From positions 302,292 to 366,291 of the forward strand of contig OZ287707.1 of assembly GCA_965649825.1 (NCBI GenBank): a stretch of 64,000 nucleotides of DNA, read 5' to 3'. The notes under the pieces were generated by a model. It saw only the letters and a program-made list of their open reading frames with translations. It had not been told where the DNA came from and made no database searches. The DNA comes from Penicillus capitatus (Eukaryota > Plantae > Chlorophyta). The position numbers and the translations under genes are program-made. The number at the start of each line of letters is the position of its first letter. The first letter of the stretch is position 1. Shown piece by piece: positions 12,389 to 26,800 of this stretch.

Positions 12389-14755
12389 TTAGAGGATGTT
12401 CTGTTCTGTAATGAAACGTCGCACAGCTGTGGTGACGTCTTCTTTCTTCGTGAGCAAGGCAGCATCCAAAAACTGATGTGCTCTCAACGATGTTACGCGA
12501 TGTCTCTGAGCCACACGCAGCGCTGCAGACACACGCTGAGAAGGGAACCCGAGTGCGCACAGAGATGACCTTTGATCACTTTGCCATGTCGCAGAAGAGT
12601 GGTGCAGTACTGATCCATGGCATTCGATTCGTTCCATTTTGCATCGCGCACGGCACAACGGCCGAAAGCATCGAGTCCAAGTTCAAGATATATCCCGTGA
12701 GGGCTCACTCTCTCCAAGTGCTGAGCCACCTCGACGGTCTGTGCATCTTTGCATCCATTCAACAGCTGCTGTAACTGAACAGCCATACGGTCCGTCTGTC
12801 ATCCATGCCGTTCGACAGAATGCCCTGACCTGAAAGAACTTCTTCTGTCGGATGAGAACGTCTGTCCACACAACGTAGGCAGAAGGATCGAGGGAGAGCT
12901 TCTTGCGATCGACGCTTCGCATAAACTCCATGAGACACATCTCCAGATGATCCGGCTCGACGACGTCTTCGCTGAGGAGGAACTTAAAAACGTCTGCAAT
13001 GACTTCTTTGGATTTGAGCATGGGCGTCTGCAGCTTCAGTGCGGCTGGAGTGATCTTGTCAGCGTTGGGTGGATAGACGGTCTCAGAGCCGTCGTAGTGT
13101 AACATACTGAACACTTCACGCATCACATGGACGCTGTGGTGTTGACGGATGACAGAACGGAGAGTAGAGACCAGTAGATGACGTGGATGGGCTGTGGGTA
13201 TCCATGCCACACGACGACGGTTGAGGAATCCAATCAACGGAGCCGGTTCGGAATATGATGTGACCACTCCTTCCAGATCCAACTGAAGGGTCACATCAAA
13301 AGAGTGAGAGATGTACTGGAAGATGGACAGACTTGGAAGCGATAGATGTTGCCGTTGTCGTCGATAACGACATCCGGTTGAAAGAATCGCCAATCGCCGT
13401 TGAAAGATTTAATGTTTTGGAGTTTGGCTGGTGACGAAGGTGTGGCCTCGGATGGCACAGAAGATTCGCCTGAAGTACTGGGTCCATCTGTCACACGAAA
13501 CATCTCACCTGTTCACACACATCCTGGATCGGATAGACAGTGACTTGGAAGAAGGTACCGGAGACAGGAAGGGGACTGCCGATGGGCAGAGAACTCGGCG
13601 ATGCGAGATCGTATATGGCAACAACGGAGGAATTCGTGTGTTGCACCAACAGGACGTTGTCAACGGTGTTGAAATACAAAACATCGTTGCACATATCGTA
13701 CTCCCTCGCCAACATCATCGTATCCCTGCAACAGCCGTTCCACGAAGATCTGCACGGATTGGATGTCTTCTCACATAAAAATGAGATAGAATCTGAGACG
13801 ACTGTTTCTTCGATCGATGTGACAGAAGAACACGCGATTGTATAACCTGGAGCGCGACATCTCAGTTGATGCAGATGGATGGCTGATGACCTGAGGAGGA
13901 CAATGTCTCGGGAGCTGACGAAAACGGGTGGCGGTCGAGGACTCGCGTTCATGCTCATCACTGCATCGAGATCTTGACTCGCAGAAGATGGAAATGGGGC
14001 CAGTTCTGTGACTGGGAGTTTGATCATCTGTTTAATGGTGAACTGATATCCCGTCACTCTACTGCCGCTTTGGCCCGTTCCCATGAGTAAGACCCGTGTT
14101 GCATATGTATAGATATACCACCTACAACAATACATATTCAACGATCTACATGATGTGACAGGTCACACTTGATGGTATGCCGAATGCGTTCTGTCATCTT
14201 TAGACCCTCTCGTTTTTCGGACGTGAAATTGTAGAACTCAATGGCGGAATCCGTCACCATGATCAAATCATAATCCACAGATTCCACAAAGAAACATCCC
14301 AAGATGTCTCTCTTGCGATTTGAGCATCCCTAAACAGACATCACTCTTTCACAACTATCCTTTTGAAGACACAATAGAGTGACCTGGACAAAGAGATTCC
14401 CTGTGGCTCTGTCAACAAACTGAATGAGTTTGTTGGAACGGTGGATGGCTAGTGTCTTGCAATCGAGAGAGATCTGCACCGAGATGTACTGGTCGACACT
14501 GTCCACATGGACCTCCCAAGTCTTGCGATTGAGATGCGGATCAAATCCATCTTCTATATCACAAGAGTGACCCCCGACAGAAAAGAGTGACATAGAAAGC
14601 TGACCGGTTGGAAGGTCATAAGCTTCGATTCGGTCACGTCGAGGGACAAGAATGAGACGTGTCGCGTCGTCGAAGAAAAGTCGCTGCTCGGAATGGAAGC
14701 CGTCGATGTGTCCTTGACTGCACATACGCACACAGGCGACGGACGAGCTCGTCAT
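12389..14755 (-). CDS. RMC1: Regulator of MON1-CCZ1 complex (C18orf8/Mic1-like)
   Basis: N-terminal LFFDDATRLILVPR, beta-propeller-like middle, C-terminal Mic1 domain CLMEFMRSV...ALRVAQRH...AHQFLDAA...RRFITEQN*. Confidence 0.8.
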
Positions 14756-14820
14756 CTTGGCAAGCCTCTTGACAATCTCTCAGCGTCGAGACGTTGACAA
14801 CGGTACGACAGTGAAGAAGG

Positions 14821-16877
<2,057 letters not shown>

Positions 16878-16895
16878 CAATTGTGCTCAATGCCA

Positions 16896-17773
16896 TCATG
16901 AATGCGATTGGAGATATTGAACGAGGGCATCAATAGTGATGATTTTTAGACCGTATTGACGGGCAAATTTAAAGAGCTGCGGTGTGCGAGCCATCGACCC
17001 GTCTAATCGATTGACGATCTCACACAGTACTCCTGCAGGACGACATCCGGCCAGCCGCGCCAAATCCACACTCGCTTCTGTATGGCCACGTCTTGTCAAC
17101 ACACCTCCATCCGAATACCTGTCGCATCATCATCGCATGACGGATAGCACAGCGAGGGCGTTGCCTGAGAGGGAAGATGTGACCGGGGCGTCTAAAATCG
17201 GATGCTTGACTGGTGGCATCTGCCAAGGCATTGAGCGTTTTGGCCCGATCCCCTGCCGATATCCCCGTCGTCGTGCCCTTTCGCAGATCGACCGTGACTG
17301 TAAAGGCCGTGCATTTGGCGTCGGTATTCTGCGAAGGCGGCACCATGAGTGGCAACTGTAGTCGATCCAGATCTTCTCCCTTCATTCCGACGCACACGAC
17401 GCCGCTCGTATTCTCCACCATGAACGCAATGCTCTCCGTTGTCACCAAATCTGCTGCGGCAACGAGATCTCCTTCGTTCTCTCGACTTTCGTCATCCAAC
17501 ACCACGACAAAGCGTCCGGCGGCGATTTCTTCGATGGCGGATTCGATGGTGTCAAAACGCAATTCGCTTGACCGTGGGCTCTCCAGTATGGACCCATGAC
17601 TTAATGCCTTATCGGAAATGAGCATAGGGGAGGCATGATCCAAACCGACCTCTGCTGTAAGAGAACCCAAAGGAGACCTCCCGTTTGGCGACACCGATGC
17701 CGTTTCCCGATCACACGTCAGCTCACTGGCATTCGGTGATGTGACGTGTGCCTTGGCTACTCTTGTTGCCCAT
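16896..17773 (-). CDS. ribB: 3,4-dihydroxy-2-butanone-4-phosphate synthase (stand-alone RibB domain)
   Basis: [70 protein letters not shown]; stop follows directly after the domain. Start codon approximate. Confidence 0.92.
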
Positions 17774-18323
17774 GCTTTCCTGACCTTCAGTTAAGATCTT
17801 GCGAGTTAAGGCACTGCAAAGCATGTGTACGTACAGAGCTTCGTGTTGAGGGTCGTGGACACGAGACATGCACACGTCCCACAAAGATGCCGTTTGTGCT
17901 CGTCATGACTGATACGCCGTGTGTTGGTATGTGCGTCTACAACAAAGCCTCGCTCGACGACAACCACACGGTCAACACTCAAACCAAGAATTCGCTTCGG
18001 AAATAAAGAATGAAGATTTCAAACGTCGAACGGCGATGCGCACCGAATATCGTATGGCGTCCGTCACAAAGAAATGATGAGAGTGTACGGCATCGCCATC
18101 GACGGACGGGTTCGATCACTCACCGCTCGACATCGATTGTCTGCGGGGCAGAACCCGTTCGATGCTGCGTTTGAGTAATAGAACAACAAAGAGTAACGAA
18201 AAGAGTGAGAAAAGAAAGCCGAAGCAACAGACGAGTAGGCCGATGTTGAGGACGGACGGTAAATGCTCGCTGTCTTCGCTTCGATAGCGCATCCAGCTCT
18301 CGTGCGGAACCTGTCGTAGTGAT

Positions 18324-18745
18324 CGCTTCCGTCTGAAAAGGCCACGTCGTTTCATATTCCTTCGTCGTTTCGCGATACCTACCGGCTGAAACACAGCGGA
18401 CAGGGACGTGCGCAGCGCATGGGCGTCTGGGGTGGGGATATGGCGTCGAGCATGGATGACGTCGTAGGCGCCGCTTCGAAGAGAGAGTTATGACGTATGC
18501 GATAGGTCAGATGCATTGGCAACGGTCCGAAAAGCCGCATTCAAAGTCTGTCGTACAAGGCATATGCGTCGCTCTTTGTTGTGCCGTCGGGGGGTTTCTC
18601 GCGGACCTCTACTTCTGCGAAGGAGACGACGCATTGTGTGTCGTCATGTGGTGATGCACCGAAGAGAGGGACTGTCATCGCGGTCTTATCGTTCGGGAGA
18701 CGGTCGACCGAAGACGACTGTCGAAAAGGTGTTCAGCAGCACATC
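18324..18745 (+). repeat. Duplicated fragment of the upstream region and 5' CDS of the gene at 33286 (matches ~33066-33468)
   Basis: Direct sequence match from CGCTTCCGTCTGAAAAGGCCACGTCG to CAGCAC(A/G)TCGACTGTGA. Confidence 0.9.
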
Positions 18746-19385
18746 GACTGTGAAAACTGCGAGTGTTGTTGCATACCCAAACGTTAGTAAACGAGCTCAT
18801 TATTAGAAGCTACGGCTTAACACGACACCGATATTTGGACGCACGCACGTTGAGAAAGAAGCTATGCGAAACATAGCAACCTCCATTACTGTCTCGTTGT
18901 CGATGAACGAACACACACATCAACGAAAAACCTTAAAACAGAATGGTGACCTAAACAACGCAATTATTCCCCTTTCATAGTGTTAGAGGCTCTGATGTGA
19001 CATGTAGTAGGTTTTGATGTGGCTGTTTGTTCCCTTATACAGTCGGGCATGCCTTCATTACGTTCATTTTGTCTGACGCTTACTCACTATCGATTTGGTT
19101 TATACAGGATCGCCACCGTCTTGACAGAGAACATGCCAGGTACACTCGACAAAGCCCAATCTGCGCGCAAGACTGCTTCAATGGTCACCTATCTTCTTGA
19201 CCTCTTCCGAGAAGCCTTTGATCAACTCCCCGTATCGCGGTCGACCTTCTGCTTCGCATCGTCTGGTTTCTTGAAACTCACCATCTGTTCTTCTCGAGCC
19301 CGCGTGCTCCGAAGATTATATCGGCGATTAACCTCTCGCACTCTTGTTAGTTCATCTTCGTAAGACCAGCTCGGCCTACAGCGGC

Positions 19386-19608
19386 GGCGTCGCTCAACCA
19401 CAGACTGGGAAACACGGCGAGGCAGAGGAGCTCTACACCAAGAGCCTCACTCTTCGGGAGAAGTACCTGGGCCATCGCAACACCGAAGTCGCTTCCAGTC
19501 TGATCAGTCTGGCGGCCGTCAAGGTCCTGCTGAGTCACTACGAGGATGCGCGAGGCCTCTACAGTCGAGCCCTGACGATGTTAAAAGACATCATCGGCGA
19601 AGATCACC
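19386..19608 (+). pseudogene. Isolated TPR-exon fragment copied from the NB-ARC-TPR gene (26741-26964)
   Basis: Near-identical DNA encoding HGEAEELYTKSLTLREKYLGHRNTEVASSLISLAAVKVLLSHYEDARGLY; a 1-nt deletion near its start. Confidence 0.9.
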
Positions 19609-19799
19609 GATCTGCGAGTCCTTTTAAACCCTGTTGTATAGAGAGACTGATTATAACAAACGTCCACATGGACGATTAATCTCACTCTTCTTGCCTGTAA
19701 TGCATCGACGCGGGGCGTCTCACAGACCACGACATTTCTAAATAAATGTATTACATTACGTTACATTAAGATGTGCAGAACAAGCATGACATGACAACA

Positions 19800-20329
19800 A
19801 ACAAACGGTTGTAATGCGTGACAGATTACAACCGTTTTTTGTCGTCAGTACATCGACGGTTGTCGGAAACGTACAACCGCAACACATGTACACCACGCGC
19901 TGTACATCGGCGCAATACTGTCGCGGAAGTGCGACGGATAAGTGGAGCGCCGCGACATGACAGTATTGCGCGTCGCGTACATCGGCACAATACCATCGTG
20001 GCATCGCGCCAGAACGCGCAGATACCATTATGGCTAGTATTTTGGGTTTTGTTTGTTTGTTTTCTTTGTTAAAAAGAAAACAAACCAAAAAGATCCTTTA
20101 TACACTGATACCATGCAACCAGTAACAATGACACAAGCAAGAGCACAGCTGGGGGCGGCCAACTTCGACTGGGGGATGATCGGGCCGGTGCTGGCCAGGA
20201 TGGTGGAACACGTGGGGAGGATTAACGGGGATGTTCGCAGGCATGGTTTGGGGATTCCGCCGGTGAATGGAAGGGGTCAATTAAGACTCGGGGTTTACAT
20301 GTCAGTTTGCGATTTTTATGCGATCGGCA
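19800..20329 (+). other. Hairpin-palindrome-ORF cassette copy 1 (ORF 20113-20328, truncated)
   Basis: Hairpin units (GTACATCGGCGCAATACTGTCGCG), palindrome CAT(20026)...ATG(20113), ORF MQPVTMTQARAQLGAANFDWGMIGPV...DFYAIG, then an abrupt switch to a copy of the NB-ARC-TPR 3' flank. Confidence 0.85.
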
Positions 20330-20762
20330 CCCCACCCTGCGCTTTGTCAGCCAGCTCGCTGTGTGATCTAGGTCCTACGTCACACATTCACACTGGATGA
20401 TGATCTGTTTTAAACGACACACTTGCTGCCCGAGCAGTACGATGCTGTCCAAAAGATGATCATTAAAAACTAATAATTGTCAAAATTTTGTGTGACAAAA
20501 TTATATCCATTTGTAAAATAATTCATCAATTGTAAAAATAGATTTCGGTCGAGAGCAGTACACTTCCGTCACGACGCGTCCGACGCGACAGTACTGCACC
20601 GTCACGTACATCGGCGCAATACTGTCGCAGCACAGCGCGTCGTGACGGAATATGCGCGTCGCGTCGCACTGCTGCGACAATACTGCATCTAGCCAATACA
20701 CAACTACAGTGGTATTGGCGCGTTCTGATACGCTGCTGCGGTGACAGTACCACCGCGGCAGC
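20329..20762 (+). repeat. Copy of the NB-ARC-TPR 3' flank plus hairpin array (matches ~27793-28280)
   Basis: Shared CTAGGTCCTACGTCACACATTCACACTGGA and AGCAGTACGATGCTGTCCA, and the same hairpin units through CCGCGGCAGCGCG. Confidence 0.9.
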
Positions 20763-20798
20763 GCGCGTTTTCGCAACTTAATCAACCAAACCACGACG

Positions 20799-21415
20799 TT
20801 ACACATTTGGATCGAATAAGTCATACAACGAATCCACAAAGTGTATTGCCGAGGATCGTCCGAAGGCCCGAATGTCCCCTCGCCTTCTCACTGTCGTACA
20901 CAAGAGGTGAAATTCCCGCACATATTTATCCCTCTGGACCGCATTTCCTTGCCGCATAACCCCATGGTGAATTAACCGCCTACGTGTACGGTTCATTATG
21001 ACACGCCACGTAACCACCCCCGCGCGGTTGCCGACCGACAAAAAAATCCCGAACCGAAAGATACACCCAATTCCTCAATTCATCCCTTCCACGCACCGGC
21101 GCGATCGCCGATCCACGTCTGCGAACCGCCCCGTTAAGCCATCCCGTGTACACCACCATCTTCTCTACCACCGGCTTGATCAGCCCCCAGTCGAAGTGTG
21201 TCGCCCCAAGGTGTGCTCTTGCTTGTGCAAGTGTTACTGGCTCCATTGCAACGGTCTATAACAGATCTTTTTTGTTTGCTTGCTTTTTTACAAAGAAAAC
21301 AAACATAAAGAAGCTTTAATATACCGTCACGATGGTATTTGCACGTTCTGGCGCGCTTTCACGATGGTATTGCGACGCAGTACGTTACGGCGCAATACTG
21401 TCGTCGTCGCGAGCG
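20799..21415 (-). other. Hairpin-palindrome-ORF cassette copy 2 (ORF 21246-20799, one-base frameshift in a T7 run at ~21040-21046)
   Basis: MEPVTLAQARAHLGATHFDWGLIKPVV...; removing one T restores DFLSVGNRAGVVTWRVIMNR...FVDSLYDL; palindrome 21244-21334; hairpin unit 21365-21402. Confidence 0.85.
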
Positions 21416-21429
21416 GTTCGACTCTGAGT

Positions 21430-22713
21430 GTTATTAACGTTGTTATACGATTCGCGACAATTCCCCATCATGCGGATCTCGTGTGCAACATCGAGGAGAG
21501 CAATGAGAAGATCCGAATCGTAGTTCCAGCTTTCAAGGAGAGTAGTGTTCGTCGCCGGATCTACCAGCTTCATTGTCGCCACTTCATGGACATCTTTACA
21601 TGACCCTTGTATTCCTAGCATCTTTATTTCTTGGATGGTGCTGCATCTCAAAGCCTTTTGCTCCTCTCAATGCTTTTTTCTCTTTGCACTTCCATTACTA
21701 TCTCTTATGTATCAATGAAAGTTTTTATTTTTGTTGCTAATTTGAGAACAAGAAGCTTTGCTGCGATCAAGGTTCGGAGCACTTCGTACCATTGCTTCTC
21801 TAATACTCCAAAATCAGCGATGGCATCTCGGCATTTCGTATATGCGTTTTCTAACGCCATGGGATTGATATCAACGCGTTCCGCGTCTCTATGAAGATGC
21901 AAGATATGTACTCCGCCGTAAAGTGTGGACAGGACGTGTCTTCCTGAACGTGCGATGCTTGACGGAGCATCTTTAGTTTCCAGGCGTTCAGCAGCCTGCT
22001 GTATGAGCTCGAAATAAAACCGGACTGGGTAATGCTGTACAGGTGACTTCATTTCTGCTTTCTCCTGCACTACGCCCCACCGAAGTTGTTCCTTTTTATC
22101 CTCGAACAATCTGTACCGGCCAATGACATGCAAAAGAAAGAAGAGCTGGTGGATTGCGAGGAAGCCTGCTTCATACTGGGAAAAGTTCTGTTTAGTGAGT
22201 CAGCGCTTGGAAGATAGAGCTGACCTAAGGTTCGTGGCTAGATCTATTAATCGGACAGGGTCTTCATAAACGGAAGATTCATCCCCTGTGAGTGAACTGA
22301 AAAGAACCTTCGCAATGTTCTCGTGGAGTAACTCTCCTCTGCATTCGCGCAAACGGCAATGAATGGCACCAACAAAATCCGTAAGTAGAGCTTACCTTGG
22401 TCACGGCAAGGAACTATTTTTGCCAGCTCTGCATACCCGAGAACCGTTTCCGATATCGAACATTCCTTATTTCGCGTGTCATACTGACGCAGCCGTGGGA
22501 GGAGAACATCTCGTTCAGACTCGTCCGTCGTGGCGTTGTAGCATCGACCAGCGACTTGGCACACTATTCCGTTCCTTAGAAACGACACTCAGGAGCTTCG
22601 GGTCATTCAGTTCTTTGTCGTCCGAGTTGGGCGGGGGAATGGCGACTGAGAACTTCACATTCGGACGGTTCTCCTATGGACGATTCTTCGTCCACAACAT
22701 GAACCTGCATCAT
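21430..22713 (-). pseudogene. Pseudogene of the Arm-NACHT gene (N-terminal exon only)
   Basis: Three ORF pieces in different frames match the 528-aa exon (YNATTDESERDVLLPRLRQY; QHYPVRFYFELIQQAAERLETKDAPS; ESWNYDSDLLIALLDVAHEI); no NACHT domain follows. Confidence 0.9.
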
Positions 22714-23814
22714 CGTGCGTGACCTGCGTAACGTGGAATCGTCTCTTGTCGTTACAACGAACGAGAGATTCACTCACCGGTTCACAAAGCTCACGGAAGA
22801 GAAGACGAGTCGATCAACTCGTTAGCATTAAATGTAAGTGTCGGTCGTTGATGTGATGCATCCTGCCAGGAGAATGCTCATTCAGGTTAATGCTTTCTCG
22901 ATAACGAAAGAGACTGTCTCGCGCTGAGCACCCTGCTCTCTGGAGTGACTCTTAGACCAGATTTGTGCCGACATCGCAGACACAAACGAACATCTAGTAC
23001 ACGGATGAGGTCACTGGGTTGAGATTATGAACGCAAATGACCACAGACCGTATTCCCTGATATCTTCCATTACAGACTTGACTGGACCGATACGAGAGAA
23101 AGCCGTAAATGTAGCGTGTTCGAAAACCAATTGGACTTGGAGATGTGCTTCGGCGAGAAGAGAAACCCCTTAAGGACGGGTGAGAGATGATCAAGGATCA
23201 GCTCATCAGGAGTCATCTAGCATGTCGTCATACACACATCGGTAAAACCATTGGAGGAAGTGCTAGTATCGCCGTCGAACGCACGTCAAGTTCATCTTGG
23301 CAATGCCTTATTGTATTCAGAACATGAAGGATCTCCGCGTTTCCGAGGCTTGGCGGCATCGGACTGACAAAGCATAAGACGTTGCAGCATCCGCGGAAGA
23401 AGCGTCTCACTTGGCGGAACAAACATCATTCGATCTTTGTGCCAAGAAAACCGCACGTTCTTTATCAAGAGTCAAAGAGAAAGATTCTGTCAACACCTTA
23501 TCGCGTTCCGTCAGCTTTTGTTCTAATGATTGTCCCATAGCTCTGACACGTTTCCCTGGGCATTATCGATGGCTATCAGATCATCTCGATACGCAACAAC
23601 TCTTCTTGCTTTACTTCCAACTGAAGCTCGAGAGACACGACAGTGACGGGATAAGAAACCTCTAAACAGTTAAAGGTCCGTGACCATCGAGGTTCAAGAT
23701 TTCCCTCACCGAGATCATACATCTTAGAACACTGGCGCCGAGGTTTAGTAACTGTGCCATCATCTTCTTTGCCGCTGCCTAGAAGGCGTTTCACGACGGT
23801 CCTTTAAAAACTGC

Positions 23815-26800
23815 ATGGGGGATATATACCGCAGCAGAATGCCTTCGACGAAATCACCTTCCCCATCTGAGTACCATATGTTAATTTCGGCGTTCACCGT
23901 TCCGCTTGTCGCGGGGAGTCGAATGCGAAGGCACCTTCGTCGTTCGTGGCAGGTTTGGTCGTCGGCGTCGGCGTCGTACAACGCGTCCATCGCTTCGCTC
24001 ACTGCACGTGCATTTCCTCCTGCATCCACGTGCATCGTTTCCATCGTTCTCTTTCGCCGCTTTCCACAAATGCATTCTCCTGTTCGCGTATCCTTTGGCC
24101 TACGCAGCTACGCCACAGACTCGGAGAGTGGTTCATGGCCAGGTTCCGACCTCTCCAGCTTGCCCTCCGTCAGCGACGATGACTCACTCTGCGGAGAGTT
24201 TCACTGCGAGTCCGACTTGACGGGCTTCGACGGAGGATCTATCGATTCAGCCACAACACCCAAAACAAACGACCGTCGTTCCTCAGCGCCACATAAAGAC
24301 GGAGGTGCCCATTCAACCCTCCAAAGAAAGCTGGAGCGAAATAGACGAGCGCGCTCGTCGCCAAGAACAGGCGAGACCCCATGCGAAGGTGGCGGGCGAA
24401 CCGACAGCACGACATCAAATACGTCACAGCAAAAATACCAACCATCACCGCAGCAGAATGAAATGACCCCAGGTAAGGGCATTGCCTTGACCAACCGACA
24501 GCTCCATGAAGCGTGCCATCCAAAAGGACGCCCAGCAACGCCGACAAGAGTGAGAACTGGAGATCAAAGCCTTCTCCTGAACGACGCCAGGACAGAAGAC
24601 GCTCTGATAAGAGGTTGGAGCTAACTCATGTTCCGTGAAGGTGACGAGAAGTGTGATGTAGACGCCCGAGAATGGATCCGCCCCTCAAAGGAGCAGTGGT
24701 ACATCCCTTACCATCGTGTCCCATCACCATATTGCACCGCCCAACGGGCGATCCGTGACGAATCCGGCGTTCCGACAGACGGTGCAGAAATGGTGGGACG
24801 AGAAGAGGAAGTGGGCACGATCTCTTCCTTGATCGAATCCGGTCGACATGTTGTCATGATCACCGGCCTTCCTGGTATTGGAAAGACAACGGTCGCTGCA
24901 ACCGTCGCAGATGAGTTGCTCAGGAGCCAGATTCTGCAGAACATTCGCTATCTCAATCTCTCCAACGTGACCGAGCTCTCCGACGCTGTCTTCAGAATCG
25001 GAGCAGCTCTGAAACATCCGATCTACCAGAGTGCCCTGAGCAGCGGTAAATCTGTCCTTCTCCGTCTCATCCCTTACTCATTTCTGCAGGCGGATGGCAG
25101 AGGATCGATTGAAAAACTGGTTAAAACGACACGGAAATACCCATGCGCCGACGGGTTGGGTTCTGGATGGACTGGATCATCTGTTCTTGGATTCCCATGA
25201 ACGGCAAGGGCTGTTCGATATTCTGATGGAGATTTTGGAATTCTTTCCCCGGTTGCACATCATCATGGTCTGTTCGGAGGCTCCGAATCCTTCAGAAATG
25301 CCCTTCGTCGACGAAGTGATTCGGATCGGCCCTTTGCCGGAACAGGCTGCCTATCAATTCGCAGAGAGCCTTCTGGGCGGCGCGCTTTCGAAAGGGGAAG
25401 CTCGCCACTTAGTATCCGCCACGGCAGGATTCCCACTCGGCATCAAGATCGGCGGAAGCAGTATCTTGGCCGGCGGCTGCTCCGCCTCTCACTTGGAACA
25501 GCGTCTGGATCAGGTGAGGGACGGGGATAGCGTCGAAATGCGAGCTCCTTGGAATCGGGCACACGATATGATTCGAGAAGGCATCTCAGCTTTGTCGCCA
25601 GAAGATCGACGTGGACTCATTCTCCTCTGTCAATGTCCTGATGCCTTTACTGTGGAACATGCAGCAGCTGTACTGGGTCAGTTACGCAAACCGACACAGA
25701 CCTGGTCATTGCTGAGACGGCTAATGATGAGAGGCTTCGTTCGATACATGCTCACCGAAGGCAACCTCCCTGCGTCCACTGCACTGTCTTCTGACGCGTG
25801 TCTTTCTCTGCAGGGACCTATCGGTTAGAGGAGGCCGTTCTGGATGTGCTGACACATTGCACGGCCATTCGAGATCGTGTCTCGAGAGAAGGCGAGTACG
25901 AGGCCGTGTCGAGAAATCTGGAGATCGATGAAGATCAGAGGGATGGAGCACGGGCGGGATTGGTGGTCTACTATCTTCGATTGCTGGATCGAGCGCTGAT
26001 GGTCTTCCGTTCGGGTTCCCGTCTCTCAACATACCGTCTGCTCGAACAGGAGCGCGACGGTCTCGAACGGTTCGTTCGGTACATAACGGAACCATCTGTC
26101 CGGCGAAAACTGCTGTCGACGGGATCCAAAGGAAAACTGCTGAAGCTGCTCAAGATCCTGAGCGATTTCGTCGTGGATGTGGGAAAGCACTACTTCACCT
26201 GGAACCAGGTACGCAACATCTGTGCTTCCATCGGATGGCTGTGGGAAGAAGACATGACGCCGATCTACGACGAGGTGTCCTACAAGGTCCGCTTGGCGCT
26301 GGCCAATGCCTTGGCCTGCATCGGAGAGCGACGAGACGCCGAGATCATTCTGACCCAACTGGAGACGTACATCGACGGCCTGAACACGTGTACGGAGCGA
26401 GATCTCAAGGCGAAGGCGGATGTCCTGGTCCTCAAAGCCAAGATTCAGCATCTCGCTGGTCGCTACCCCGAAGCCGAGCGCTACTTTAATCAGGCGCTGA
26501 ATGCCCAGGAGAGTGCTTACGGGCGCGATCACTTCACCGTTAGTCGTACGTACTCACTTCTGGCCACGGTCCAGCAGGTAGATACTGCTGACTCGTGGGC
26601 GAGATCGATGCGTTGTGTTTGTCTGTGCAGATTCTGCAGAAATTCGGCGACGCAGAGCATTCGTATAAATGCAGTTTGAAGATCCGAATGAAACACACCG
26701 GCAAGAACGTCGTCGAAGTGCCAACGGTCATGCATAACTGGGCGTCGCTCAACCACAGACTAGGAAAACACAGCGAGGCAGAGGAGCTCTACAACAAGAG

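Noticed and set aside
18010-18400. Possible missing N-terminal exon of WDR75 on the minus strand
   Set aside because: Only a weak SEDSEHL/AFSDG resemblance; no consistent reading frame.
24622-24624. TAA/TAG-to-Gln recoding (as in some ulvophyte algae), suggested by the in-frame TAA between two NLR ORFs
   Set aside because: ORFs of 800-890 codons lack internal TAR codons and several conserved genes end in TAA/TAG; an intron explains this stop.
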